DNA of 30,320 nt from a virus (IMGVR_UViG_3300020440_000056:1-30320); one strand, 5' to 3'; positions 1 to 9,279 are shown, counted from the stretch's first letter. The notes: generated from the sequence alone by a model not told the origin. Program-made: numbers and translations.

Positions 1-22
1 TAATTGCATTTAGATTAGCCAT
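1..22 (-). CDS. 5' end of a gene running off the left edge (MANLNAI...), product unknown
   Basis: ATG at 22-20 overlaps the TAA of the 137-aa ORF (TAATG), the coupling pattern also seen at 1234, 11664, 19853 and 23374. The frame is open to the window edge, but only 7 codons are visible. Confidence 0.55.
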
Positions 23-435
23 TAGTCACCTTTTTGTACAAAGTTGCCATCATCGTCTTCTACCCAACCGTCATCCATGTCTTCAAACTCTTTAAGTTCT
101 GCGTCTGTGGGTTTTGCTGATTCTACTTTTTGTTGAGCTCTTGTAGTAGACTTAGACTTTACAGGCTTTTCTACAGGAACTTCTTCAGCAACAACATCAC
201 TTACGGTTACGGCAGGCTCTTCAGCTACTGGCATAGATCCTTTATAGTAATCTTTGATTACTTGCTCACGCTTACGAATTATTTTACCGCCTGGGCCTAG
301 CTCATCACCACGTGCATTTACACGGGCGTTACCTACCGCAGGAGTAAGTTCATTCTTTTTGCGCAAAAGATCCATATCAATTTTTTTACCTTGCATTGTT
401 GTGTAGGTTTTTTGACCTTTTTGTCTCATTGCCAT
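22..435 (-). CDS. Phage hypothetical protein, 137 aa (basic N-terminus with AVGNARVNARGDELGPGG, acidic low-complexity C-terminus)
   Basis: AGGAGAA Shine-Dalgarno at 447-441 and GATAAATA motif at 465-458. The N-terminal motif resembles a family I recall from uncultured large phages; function unknown. Confidence 0.85.
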   Translation of the reverse strand: MAMRQKGQKTYTTMQGKKIDMDLLRKKNELTPAVGNARVNARGDELGPGGKIIRKREQVIKDYYKGSMPVAEEPAVTVSDVVAEEVPVEKPVKSKSTTRAQQKVESAKPTDAELKEFEDMDDGWVEDDDGNFVQKGD

Positions 436-457
436 AATATTTCTCCTATTATATACG

Positions 458-465
458 TATTTATC
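458..465 (-). promoter_or_regulatory. Putative late promoter GATAAATA (variant of T4 late TATAAATA)
   Basis: Lies 22 nt before the ATG at 435 and overlaps the stop codon of the DnaE fragment. One of six identically placed copies. Confidence 0.7.
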
Positions 466-991
466 TCAAGAACTCTCGCCAATCCAGGTCATATTGGATT
501 GAATTTACTTTATGTACACCTATTAAATATAATACATAACTTGCTACTGAACTTCCTCTACCTACGCCCCATACAATATTATTCTCACGCATGAAGTCTA
601 CGAGATAGATCATATAACGCAATAAGTTATGCATATCACGTTCTTTAAAAGCGTCTAATTCTTCCCATATGCGATCCTGTACATGTTGTGGGCAAGGTGT
701 TTTTGCTTTGCCTAGTACATATTCATATACATTAATGTCTTTGTATTCGCTGGGCATGAACCATTCACTTTGACATACACCGTCAAAGGTCTTTTGATCT
801 ACATCTAAAGGAATATATTTTTGTAGTTTACTTAACCCTTGTTCTTCCATAGCCTTGTTAAACAAGTCTACGTCATCTGAAGGATCGCAAAGGACTATGT
901 GGCATTTGCTTGCATTGCCACTATAGATCATATCTATAAGATCGCGATTAGAGAATCGCGGAATACCTAAGTCATCTGTTTTCATAAGCAT
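461..991 (-). CDS. dnaE: Stand-alone fragment of a family C DNA polymerase (Pol III alpha/DnaE-like, N-terminal part of palm region), 176 aa
   Basis: WGVGRGSSVASYVLYLIGVHKVNSIQYDLDWREFLR matches the DnaE motif GxGRGSxAGSLVAYxLxITxxDPxxxxLxFERFL. It is preceded by RIWEELDAFKERDMHNLLRYMIYLVDFMRENNI, matching RLxxElxxIxxxgfxxYfLiVxDxixxAk. The ORF stops before the PDxDxD catalytic motif. Confidence 0.85.
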   Translation of the reverse strand: MLMKTDDLGIPRFSNRDLIDMIYSGNASKCHIVLCDPSDDVDLFNKAMEEQGLSKLQKYIPLDVDQKTFDGVCQSEWFMPSEYKDINVYEYVLGKAKTPCPQHVQDRIWEELDAFKERDMHNLLRYMIYLVDFMRENNIVWGVGRGSSVASYVLYLIGVHKVNSIQYDLDWREFLR

Positions 992-1000
992 ACAAGTATT

Positions 1001-1234
1001 TTAACTTACATTGATAAGATTGTCAAGTCCTTTTTCAGGGTCATTGTTTTGTTTTTGCATTGCCTTTGCATTGCGAACATGCATTTCTTCAATATACATG
1101 TTTAAAATAACCTGAATTTGTTCTTGAACAGAAGGGTTTCTGGTTTGCCAATATTTCTTTTTTAAATCTAATAGTTTTTCTTCAACTTCTCTATCTGATA
1201 AAAGAGCAAAGTCATCAACTAAAGGATTAAACAT
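1001..1234 (-). CDS. Small helical hypothetical protein, 77 aa (MFNPLVDD...)
   Basis: The track gives 1001..1291. The ATG at 1234-1232 overlaps the upstream TAA (TAATG), so it is the more likely start and avoids a 58-nt overlap. Confidence 0.75.
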   Translation of the reverse strand: MFNPLVDDFALLSDREVEEKLLDLKKKYWQTRNPSVQEQIQVILNMYIEEMHVRNAKAMQKQNNDPEKGLDNLINVS

Positions 1235-1833
1235 TAAGAGAATGTACCTATAATTTTTGCGTAAATGTTTGTGCCGCCGTCGTGTGTCCAAAACTCATAA
1301 ATTTCTTTAGACGATGTAACTGTAGCAACTACTTCTGTAGCACTACTAGACGCCCAGGAGTCGCTTGACATCTTTTTGATCTGTGCTGTGTTTTCACCAA
1401 TAAATGTAATAGCTCTTGAAGTGGCACCGTCGTCACTACTAAGTTCTACAACCATTCTAGCATACCCAACTGAAGGCCAATCAGCAAGTGTAAGAGTAAG
1501 GTCACCAGTAACTACGCCAGTTTGATATACTCCATTTAAGTAACTAACATTTTGTTGTGCGTTAATAGTACCGTTAGCACTAATACCTTCTGCACAATCT
1601 TTAAATAATGCCTGTGTAACTTCGCTACCGCCAAGATTGTTATTTAAAGCCTCTTGACTTGCAAGTGCATTTTTGAGTATTGCATTATTCTGTAGTTCCG
1701 TAATTTCTGCTTTTGCAGCTACGAAATTTGTTTTGATAATATTAAAATTATCTCTAAATCCTTGACTATCATTATCAACGCCTGCGACTGGATATGTATC
1801 GTCAATTGTTGTATCTACTATATTACTGGCCAT
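1234..1833 (-). CDS. Putative virion structural protein, 199 aa (N-terminal YPVAGVDNDSQGFRDNF plus coiled coil, C-terminal beta domain)
   Basis: AGGAG SD at 1845-1841, GATAAATA at 1860-1853, and structural-gene context. Confidence 0.8.
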   Translation of the reverse strand: MASNIVDTTIDDTYPVAGVDNDSQGFRDNFNIIKTNFVAAKAEITELQNNAILKNALASQEALNNNLGGSEVTQALFKDCAEGISANGTINAQQNVSYLNGVYQTGVVTGDLTLTLADWPSVGYARMVVELSSDDGATSRAITFIGENTAQIKKMSSDSWASSSATEVVATVTSSKEIYEFWTHDGGTNIYAKIIGTFS

Positions 1834-1852
1834 TTATTTTCTCCTGGTATAT

Positions 1853-1860
1853 TATTTATC
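1853..1860 (-). promoter_or_regulatory. Putative late promoter GATAAATA
   Basis: Lies 19 nt before the ATG at 1833, in a 32-nt intergenic gap. Confidence 0.7.
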
Positions 1861-1865
1861 TAGCA

Positions 1866-4800
1866 TTATACATTAAAAACATAATTTGGAAAGACTATAT
1901 ATCTTTCATCTTGTATTCCTGTAGCACTATCTACAATGTATCTATCAACATCAAAATTTATTCTTTTGAAATCGAATTCACCATTAGCAAGTGCGTTTTT
2001 AACATTCTGTTGGACTAATTTTGACTTACCTTCTTTGCAATATGCTAAAGGAATTGCTGTAACATAGTCTAACTCAGCAATACTACCATCTTGTCCTGTA
2101 CGCATCCATAATGGTAAATATTGTCTTTGGCTTCTACCAACTTTTTCTAATTCTTCACGCATGTTAGTTGTGTTGCTTATGTACATGTTAACTTCATTTG
2201 CGTTGTTTATATTGACTGCATCGGTATCTGCTTTTACTGTATTTTCGCCTCTTTGTCTAAGACGTTGTCTAATTGGTTCTGCATCACTAAGGTCAACGTC
2301 AATGTTTACTTCAGTAACACCATCTCTTAGTGTAATATCTATATCATCATTATCTATTGTTTGTATAACTTCGCCTGAGCGTGTTCCTACAGTCATACCG
2401 TCACCTTGGTCTAGAACAACTTCTACGTCTCTAAAACGTCCATCAACTTTTGCAACATCATACCCGCTATCTTGGGCTGTTTCGTCATCCATAATTTCAT
2501 ATGACACACTGTCTGCCGTAATTTCTGGTTGTGGATTACCAACAAAGCTGTCAGCAACTTTTCCTTTTTTACTGTCACGAGGATCAACAATTTCTAAATA
2601 TACTATCTCGTATACTATATCATTACTTCCAGGTTCTTTAGCAATAGCTGTTTTGACTTCGCCTATCTTATAACTTCTACGTTTATGATTTTTTGCTGTT
2701 GCAGCCACATATTTGTCAATCAATGTTGTTTCTAAACCAGCATATGCCAACATGCTAATTTTGGTTTGAATACCATAATTAGGATCGCTTGCTCTATAGA
2801 TAGTATCAGTTGGGAATATGTCTGGGTTACTTACAAAACGTTTAAATTCTTTCCTAATATTAGGCTCAAGCATTGGACGTATGTACAGATTGCTATACAG
2901 TGTGTCGTCTTGATCAATTATGTTGATTACAAACTCTCGTTCTACAGCACTATAACCAAACCTGTCTTCTGCTTTGATTTTAAATTTATAAGATCTATCT
3001 ATCGAAGTTGTACCACCATCTAACCCAAAGTCTGCGTTGTCAATAGTGGTTAGACCTAAATTTTGTAGGGTGCCAAACTGTGTTACTTTACCAATTATTT
3101 CGCCTGTATAAGCTAATCTAAGCCCGTTTGGCAAGCGTCCTGAAACAATAGTGTAAATGAGTCTAGTATCCGGAACATTTGTTTGTGCTGTAACACGCTT
3201 AGTACTAGTAAAGTTTGCTGTGATACTACCCAAGTTTGCTGGAGTTATCCAAGTTATCTCACTATCAACTTCACCAAGTATTCTAATTGTAAATGTCTTA
3301 GGTGTGCTAGGATTGTTTATATCAGCATTAGCATATGTTATAAGTTCTTTTTCGAATACTCCGTCACTGTATAGTGCAATACTTACTGTCTGTCCTGTAG
3401 TATAGTTTCTGCCAGGCTCTAATGGTCTATTAAAATAAACTAAGTCTTTGTCTTTGTCTAATAATGTGTATGTTAAGTCTGCCCCTGTAAATATTGTTTT
3501 AATTCTTGATTCTTTTGTTAATGCGTTATCCGGAGCCCAAAAAGTTACACTGCCTGTAAAAGCACCTGGGTCAACAAATACAGGTAACTCATTACCTTCA
3601 AAAATTCTAATAATACTTTGTGCAAAAGTTTCGGTTTGTCCAAACGGTAGTGCTGTTGTGCCACCTGCTTCAAAATTTATGGTAATATCTGCTGTAGGAC
3701 TTGTTATTTGCCATCTTCTATAACCATACACACTTTGTATAGTATAAGTTTCTGGACTATCACTTTGATTGTCATATACAAGACTTTTGTCTTTCCATTG
3801 CTGTCTTTCAAAGTTATTTAATTTTTCTACAAATATAGTTTGTGAATTCTCTACACTATCTTGCGCAAGAGTGAAACTTAAAAATGGACGTAGAGTTTCA
3901 GTAAGTGTGATTACATCATAGTCCTCATTAGAACCGTCTACTGACTCTACTTTGTATGGTCTGCCATTAAGAACAATATTTTCACCTTGTAAATCATTAA
4001 GATCATCTATACCATCATTTAGTGTAATGCCATCTTGTACATTTAAAGGCAGTTTGTATATTTTAAACGAACGCTTGCCCGACAAAGTATCTTCGTAAAA
4101 TGTGCCTGTGACTACAGCATAATCAATATCGTTGGTATAGCGTGTTGCCCTTACAGTAAATTTGTAGTCTTTAAAACTTTGTGGTTGATAAGGTATAGTC
4201 CCTGTGAGCTCACCATTGAAAGAATCTAAACTTAATCCTGGGGGTAAAATACTTTCACTGTTATCATTGTTTATATCATCTAAACTATATAGGATATTAC
4301 CTTGTAATGTATCACTATCATACACATCAAGATAGATAGTAGCATTGTTGTTTGACTTCTTATAACCTAAATCCGTTGGTGTGAGCCATTTAGGTTGACG
4401 TATATGTGTATTATCAGCTTTAAATACACCATTTGAAACTTTCATTATAGTGTTGTCTGATCTTAAATAGTCATCACCTACAACATATATTTTAAATTTT
4501 CTTTTAGGTGGATCTTGGGTAACACCATCATTTATGGTAACTTTGAATTCATAATAACGATTTAGTTTTTTTGGTGTTTGTGGATTTGACTGTGTGTCAT
4601 ACCGTACGTTATCATAAAAGTAACTGTCAAAACCTCTATCAGCCTTTATTGAAAAATCGCTAGGGTAAGCATCGTAAGGACTAGTATCAAATCCGCCTTT
4701 AGCAGCTTCTCTATCTAGTGCAAGCAAAGGCTCAACAACACCTTGTATTCTTCCTGTACTAGTTAGTGTAAGACCTGGCGGCAGGGTGCCCTCCCCGGGT

Positions 4801-5225
4801 ACAATATAATACTCTAATGTTTGGCCAGCGGCTGTGTCAGCATCGATTGCTAAAAATTGATAATCTATAATTTGATTATCTAGAACAAATAAATTTTGAT
4901 TTGCACCTATTGGTATCAATCCAGGCTCTGTGATCCAAAATGGCTCATCTGGTCCTGTAACTTCAATTGTAAAGGTTCTATCTTCTACAGTTGTCCCGAG
5001 TGTTGCTCTAAGTACAAATTTAAATATTTTGGTAATTTCTACTTCAAATGGTGTACCTAATATTTCTGTACCCACTATTCTAAGTCCAGGAGGCAAATCT
5101 CCTGCTATAGTTGTTATTGCGGCGCCCGAATCTACTGGAAGGATAAAATCCCCAGTTTCAAGTTTCACTCTTTCTACAAGTGTTCTTAATTTGTAGTTGT
5201 TTGGTTGTGTCCAGATACTTGCCAT
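1866..5225 (-). CDS. Large virion (probably baseplate) protein with putative Ig/cadherin-like repeats, 1119 aa
   Basis: Four He_PIG-like units (GDLPPGLRI, GTLPPGLTL, ILPPGLSL, GRLPNGLRL), each followed by G-x-[IL]-x-G and a Y/F-x-F-x-V/I strand. Adjacent to a gp9/gp10-like gene. AAGGA SD and late motif upstream. Confidence 0.8.
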   Translation of the reverse strand: MASIWTQPNNYKLRTLVERVKLETGDFILPVDSGAAITTIAGDLPPGLRIVGTEILGTPFEVEITKIFKFVLRATLGTTVEDRTFTIEVTGPDEPFWITEPGLIPIGANQNLFVLDNQIIDYQFLAIDADTAAGQTLEYYIVPGEGTLPPGLTLTSTGRIQGVVEPLLALDREAAKGGFDTSPYDAYPSDFSIKADRGFDSYFYDNVRYDTQSNPQTPKKLNRYYEFKVTINDGVTQDPPKRKFKIYVVGDDYLRSDNTIMKVSNGVFKADNTHIRQPKWLTPTDLGYKKSNNNATIYLDVYDSDTLQGNILYSLDDINNDNSESILPPGLSLDSFNGELTGTIPYQPQSFKDYKFTVRATRYTNDIDYAVVTGTFYEDTLSGKRSFKIYKLPLNVQDGITLNDGIDDLNDLQGENIVLNGRPYKVESVDGSNEDYDVITLTETLRPFLSFTLAQDSVENSQTIFVEKLNNFERQQWKDKSLVYDNQSDSPETYTIQSVYGYRRWQITSPTADITINFEAGGTTALPFGQTETFAQSIIRIFEGNELPVFVDPGAFTGSVTFWAPDNALTKESRIKTIFTGADLTYTLLDKDKDLVYFNRPLEPGRNYTTGQTVSIALYSDGVFEKELITYANADINNPSTPKTFTIRILGEVDSEITWITPANLGSITANFTSTKRVTAQTNVPDTRLIYTIVSGRLPNGLRLAYTGEIIGKVTQFGTLQNLGLTTIDNADFGLDGGTTSIDRSYKFKIKAEDRFGYSAVEREFVINIIDQDDTLYSNLYIRPMLEPNIRKEFKRFVSNPDIFPTDTIYRASDPNYGIQTKISMLAYAGLETTLIDKYVAATAKNHKRRSYKIGEVKTAIAKEPGSNDIVYEIVYLEIVDPRDSKKGKVADSFVGNPQPEITADSVSYEIMDDETAQDSGYDVAKVDGRFRDVEVVLDQGDGMTVGTRSGEVIQTIDNDDIDITLRDGVTEVNIDVDLSDAEPIRQRLRQRGENTVKADTDAVNINNANEVNMYISNTTNMREELEKVGRSQRQYLPLWMRTGQDGSIAELDYVTAIPLAYCKEGKSKLVQQNVKNALANGEFDFKRINFDVDRYIVDSATGIQDERYIVFPNYVFNV

Positions 5226-5244
5226 ATAAAAATCCTTACATAGC

Positions 5245-5252
5245 TATTTATC
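5245..5252 (-). promoter_or_regulatory. Putative late promoter GATAAATA
   Basis: Lies 19 nt before the ATG at 5225, in a 32-nt intergenic gap. Confidence 0.7.
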
Positions 5253-5257
5253 GTAAT

Positions 5258-5947
5258 TTACAATGTAGGTAATAGCCCGTTGTCTGTGTTTAATAGTATA
5301 GGTGTGTTAATAGTGCCATAGTCAGCATCAACTAAACTTTTAAAGAAGTCAACAAAGTTATCTGTGTTTGATTCAAAGTCACCAAAGTCTAAATTTATAT
5401 ATAAATCATTGATAGTACGTATGTCAACGCCATGTACATTACTTTGCACATCATTGCCTGTAATTGTGCCAACGTTTATAATACCAAATCCATTCGCATT
5501 TAAATTTGCTGAAAGTGAAGGATTTGTGTCTGATGATAGTGTTGCATTACCTGCAATAGTAACTGTGCCAGTGTTGTCGTCTGCGGTAGTAGTAATTCCG
5601 CCCGAGCCGTTTATTCTTAGAGTACCTCTTGCTGGAATGGTTGCTGTGCCTGTGTCAGCTACAACAGGTCTAGCTGCTAATCCTGTATCAATACTTAAAA
5701 CAATTTCATTTGGATTGTTAGTGACAGTAATATCATTGCTACCTAAGATACTTTTAAATTCTAAATTATAGCCAGTGCGTTGTTTAAATACGCCTGCACC
5801 TGTGCCTAAATTTAAACCTTCAGTTTTATCGTCAATGCGCAAGTCTAAATCTTCTAAACTTCTATTAATTTTAATAAATGCTTCGCGCAGGTCATCACCT
5901 GTACCGTCGTTTGCAATTCTACCTATGTTTACTAGTTCTACAGCCAT
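5258..5947 (-). CDS. Baseplate/fibre-connector protein with T4 gp9/gp10-like N-terminus, 229 aa
   Basis: VNIGRIANDGTGDDLREAFIKIN matches the gp9/gp10 N-terminal motif (INIGxxxNDGTGDxLRxxxxKIN). The remainder is a G/T/N-rich fibre-like sequence. Confidence 0.8.
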   Translation of the reverse strand: MAVELVNIGRIANDGTGDDLREAFIKINRSLEDLDLRIDDKTEGLNLGTGAGVFKQRTGYNLEFKSILGSNDITVTNNPNEIVLSIDTGLAARPVVADTGTATIPARGTLRINGSGGITTTADDNTGTVTIAGNATLSSDTNPSLSANLNANGFGIINVGTITGNDVQSNVHGVDIRTINDLYINLDFGDFESNTDNFVDFFKSLVDADYGTINTPILLNTDNGLLPTL

Positions 5948-5970
5948 TTGTTAGTTTCCTATTATATATT

Positions 5971-5994
5971 GTATTTATCAAACCTGATAAATAC
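5971..5994. promoter_or_regulatory. Divergent pair of late-promoter motifs forming a perfect inverted repeat GTATTTATCA-aacc-TGATAAATAC
   Basis: 10-bp arms at 5971-5980 and 5985-5994. GATAAATA faces the 5947 gene (24 nt away) on minus and the 6012 gene (18 nt away) on plus. Confidence 0.75.
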
Positions 5995-6011
5995 TGTACA
6001 AGGAGTATTAT

Positions 6012-8282
6012 ATGGCAAGACCTTCATTTAAGAACATAGGACTACGTAGAGATAGAAATCTATCAGATCTAACCTCAAGAGACCAAGCACTTAATAACGT
6101 TCTAAACAACCTTGTAGTTGGTTCAGATAACAAAGTGTTTACAGGCGGTGACTTAGATGCTATCAAGGGTATTAGTAATAGCACAGTAACCAATAGAGAT
6201 ATTGGACTAATGGCCGGACTTGCTGTAAAAAATACAATCCTAGAAGATGGTGAACTGGTTGACAGGATTGCATCACCTGTTATTACGGTAAAAAACCAAT
6301 TGGATACTATTATTGCTACTACTAATGATCCACCTTTTTTTAACGGCGGTGACGGATTAATAGCAACTTTTTATGACACAGATCAAATTGCAGATAATTT
6401 ATCAAAAAATACTACAGGCGCTACTATAATAAAAAGTGGAGAAGCGCCACTAGTTACAAAACAATTTTGGAACAATGGTGTATTTGAATTTAGTAACAAA
6501 CTAGATGATACACTGGGCGGCGCCAACGGTTTAATACAATGGCAAGGCTTTTATGTACCAGATGCTAGTGGACCAAGTACATTTAGTTTTGACACTACTG
6601 GACTTGTTATGTTTGAAGTAGCAGACGAGTTTGGTGATTTACAAGTTGTACAAAACACATTTGCAGAAGATAGACAAATAGAACATCGTAGTGCAATGAC
6701 CAATCAAACTAGTGTGACAGTTGACGCTATTGATGCCCGTACAGTTATTATAGGCGACGAAGTAATCGCAGCAGAAGATGCATCAGGTAACCCGATACTT
6801 GCAAGCGAAATAAGTGCAGGCTTACTAGTAGACGGTGTAGGAAATACTACAATTACTCTTAACACAGCAATTACAGTGCCAGATGGTGCAAAACTAACTT
6901 ACAGTATTAGGAATAAGATTGGTAGTGATGCATTTAGATTTTCACACACAGAACCTAATTTAGAAAAATATGTTCCTATTGAAATACGTTTAACTTACTG
7001 GTACAGTGATCCTACACAAAATTATTTTAATAAATTTATAGATGCTAACTTAACAACAAATATCAAAGACAGTGGTGACTGGCCTTACTGGTATCTATAT
7101 CAACAACTTCCAACAGACTTTGAAGAAAATAGTTTCAAAGGATTTTATGATAACAGACTACTTACAGGTGGCGGTGAAATTGGACCAACAGACGTCAATT
7201 TTAGCACTCAGTATGCAAGATGGTTAAGTATTAGCCCCCTTACGATTACATATACACCACCATTAAGATTTGCCAATGCTATTAGAGCAGAATACACTTA
7301 CACTTTTAGTCAAGATAGTAATGTCGTAAGCACAACATCAACCAGTCCTTTTACAGATAATATTGAAATTGGCAATAAGATTATCACTCCTGCATTTTCA
7401 AAAGGTACAAGTGTTACAGATATATCACGTAATAATATTGTAATTGTTGACTCAACGGCAACTGCAGATGCTACTGTACCTGTAAAGTTTATGGACCATA
7501 GAGGATTCTTAGATGTACAAGCAGGAACATCAAATAACTTTAGCGTAACTATTACAACAACTGAAGGTTTAAAGGTTGGTACGGTTGTTGTGAGTGAAAA
7601 CAATCCTGCAGGAACAGACTATATTAGAGTAACAAGTATTTCTAGTATTAGAGAATTCACAACAAATATTCCACTTAATCTAAGCGGGCTAGAACAAGTT
7701 TATTTTTACAGTGACAAAGGGCTTAAAAATAACAGTTTGGACAACTTCTGTATTGGAACAATAGGCAAAGAAATTGCTGTAACAGCAGTGCCAGGAGATA
7801 CCGTACTAACATTAAATGATGTAAGCGGCTTCGGTTTAAATAATGTGTTTCAAAGCAGACCATACACACAAGAAATAGATCCCGATGACCCAGCTACACT
7901 TACAAGAATTATTGCTATTGATAATGTAGCCAATACAGTGACATTAAGTAAACCTGTACAAGCAGGTGATGATATGGTTGCGGGTACTACTGTTGTTATT
8001 TGTCCCACTGACACAACTCAAGATAAAGAAGCATGTGTTATTCCGTTGAATACAGCACCCCCGTTTGTAGGTACCTTAAACGGTCTTAGAACAACAGATG
8101 GCACAGGTGCTACTGTTGGTCTTCAAATGACTAATGCTAGTGCTGTACTTAAAGTAAGAGATTTTGTAGCTGTAAATACTAATACAGTTGAGCTAAGTCT
8201 AGGAGATGCATTTGCGTTTGATAGGACTATACCTATTACGTTTAATGGAACTGTTTATAAAGCTCTAGCATCAACTAGTTAA
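6012..8282 (+). CDS. Putative virion/receptor-binding protein with PA14-like domain and small beta repeats, 756 aa
   Basis: AAGGAG SD at 6000-6005 and its own late motif. PA14-like elements are GDGLIATFYD, IQWQGFYVPDASGPSTFSF and LEKYVPIEIRLTY. It shares an N-terminal GL...NLSD...ALNN motif with neighbouring genes. The CDS is secure; the domain call is moderate. Confidence 0.75.
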   Translation: MARPSFKNIGLRRDRNLSDLTSRDQALNNVLNNLVVGSDNKVFTGGDLDAIKGISNSTVTNRDIGLMAGLAVKNTILEDGELVDRIASPVITVKNQLDTIIATTNDPPFFNGGDGLIATFYDTDQIADNLSKNTTGATIIKSGEAPLVTKQFWNNGVFEFSNKLDDTLGGANGLIQWQGFYVPDASGPSTFSFDTTGLVMFEVADEFGDLQVVQNTFAEDRQIEHRSAMTNQTSVTVDAIDARTVIIGDEVIAAEDASGNPILASEISAGLLVDGVGNTTITLNTAITVPDGAKLTYSIRNKIGSDAFRFSHTEPNLEKYVPIEIRLTYWYSDPTQNYFNKFIDANLTTNIKDSGDWPYWYLYQQLPTDFEENSFKGFYDNRLLTGGGEIGPTDVNFSTQYARWLSISPLTITYTPPLRFANAIRAEYTYTFSQDSNVVSTTSTSPFTDNIEIGNKIITPAFSKGTSVTDISRNNIVIVDSTATADATVPVKFMDHRGFLDVQAGTSNNFSVTITTTEGLKVGTVVVSENNPAGTDYIRVTSISSIREFTTNIPLNLSGLEQVYFYSDKGLKNNSLDNFCIGTIGKEIAVTAVPGDTVLTLNDVSGFGLNNVFQSRPYTQEIDPDDPATLTRIIAIDNVANTVTLSKPVQAGDDMVAGTTVVICPTDTTQDKEACVIPLNTAPPFVGTLNGLRTTDGTGATVGLQMTNASAVLKVRDFVAVNTNTVELSLGDAFAFDRTIPITFNGTVYKALASTS

Positions 8283-9278
8283 ACATAAAAAATAGTCAAT
8301 CCCGTCAATTTTAACTTTTGCTTTGTGCGTAAAAGTAACATTGTTGACGTTTCCACTTTCTGTAATTGGAGTTATGCCGTCAATTAGTATACCATTATTT
8401 AATTTTAGGTCACCCGTTTGTGCTGTCACAGCATTTGTTGTCAGTTTTGTATTGACACCGGAACCTGTCACTTCCCAAGGATTAGATGTATCACTAAATG
8501 CTCTGATACGTTGAATGTTTGAAACAGGACTTGAAGGGTTTGTAATATATAATCCTGGACTATTGACATTAATACCTTCTGTAATAATCATGTCAGCTGG
8601 GTCATTTATACTAAATGTACCTTCCATTCTGAAATCATCATCCGTTGCTACATCTCTATCACTTACAAACTTTTTATCTGCTTGGTATTTGGAAATATCT
8701 AAATATTGATAAATTTCTAAAAATTGGTTAGCATAAGTGTCTTCTGGTTCTATGCTAGACCCGGAATCTGGATCTGCACTATCTGCGCCTGTTAGTCCAC
8801 TACTAAACCCTGCTGTTGTTTCAACAGGACCTAAAAAGGTTAAGTTGTTTAATATAACAGCATCGGAGCGTTCGACTATAAATCCTTCTGAAGGTGGATC
8901 AAATGTAAATTGCTCTTCACCATCTGCATCACTTGCAAATCCAAATGTCTTTTCGCCATCACTTTGGGTGACAAATAAATTTGCTTGTAAAATTGTTTCA
9001 TTAGTATAAAGTATTCTTACAGGATCACCGTTGGTAAACACAGCACTTCTATCTGCTTGTTGTTGGGGTGTGTTGTTTACAAGCGTTACAAGACCTGTAA
9101 TAAAGTTATATTCTGCATCAGCAATAGTAAGCCTTGATACGTTTTGACTATTGTTGATAAACAAACTAATATCATCAGCAATAGGTGCTGTAGCTAAGTT
9201 ATTAAGTAACTGTCTATCCTGTGTATTTTCTAGTAAGTTTGCAGATTTTAAAAATCCTTGTACAGCTGATGTTGCCAT
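8271..9278 (-). CDS. Putative fibre/adaptor structural protein, 335 aa
   Basis: Starts 1 nt after the LRR gene stop. N-terminal GFLKSANLLENTQDRQLLNNL and C-terminal FTHKAKVKIDGIDYFL resemble motifs in both flanking proteins. Confidence 0.75.
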   Translation of the reverse strand: MATSAVQGFLKSANLLENTQDRQLLNNLATAPIADDISLFINNSQNVSRLTIADAEYNFITGLVTLVNNTPQQQADRSAVFTNGDPVRILYTNETILQANLFVTQSDGEKTFGFASDADGEEQFTFDPPSEGFIVERSDAVILNNLTFLGPVETTAGFSSGLTGADSADPDSGSSIEPEDTYANQFLEIYQYLDISKYQADKKFVSDRDVATDDDFRMEGTFSINDPADMIITEGINVNSPGLYITNPSSPVSNIQRIRAFSDTSNPWEVTGSGVNTKLTTNAVTAQTGDLKLNNGILIDGITPITESGNVNNVTFTHKAKVKIDGIDYFLCLTS

Positions 9279-9279
9279 T

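Noticed and set aside
436-463. Stop-codon readthrough, frameshift or alternative genetic code extending DnaE
   Set aside because: TAA is followed shortly by TAA TAG in frame, no PDxDxD motif is visible downstream, and all long genes read cleanly in the standard code.
1235-1291. N-terminal extension of the 96-aa ORF given in the track
   Set aside because: It overlaps the upstream gene by 58 nt. The TAATG-coupled ATG at 1234 is a better start.
5971-5994. Rho-independent terminator
   Set aside because: The stem is AT-rich with no U-tract and lies between divergent starts. It is better explained as two promoter motifs.
5971-8282. Actively invertible (phase-variable) segment carrying the plus-strand gene
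   Set aside because: I saw no matching inverted repeats at the two ends and no recombinase in the window. Only a historical inversion can be suggested.
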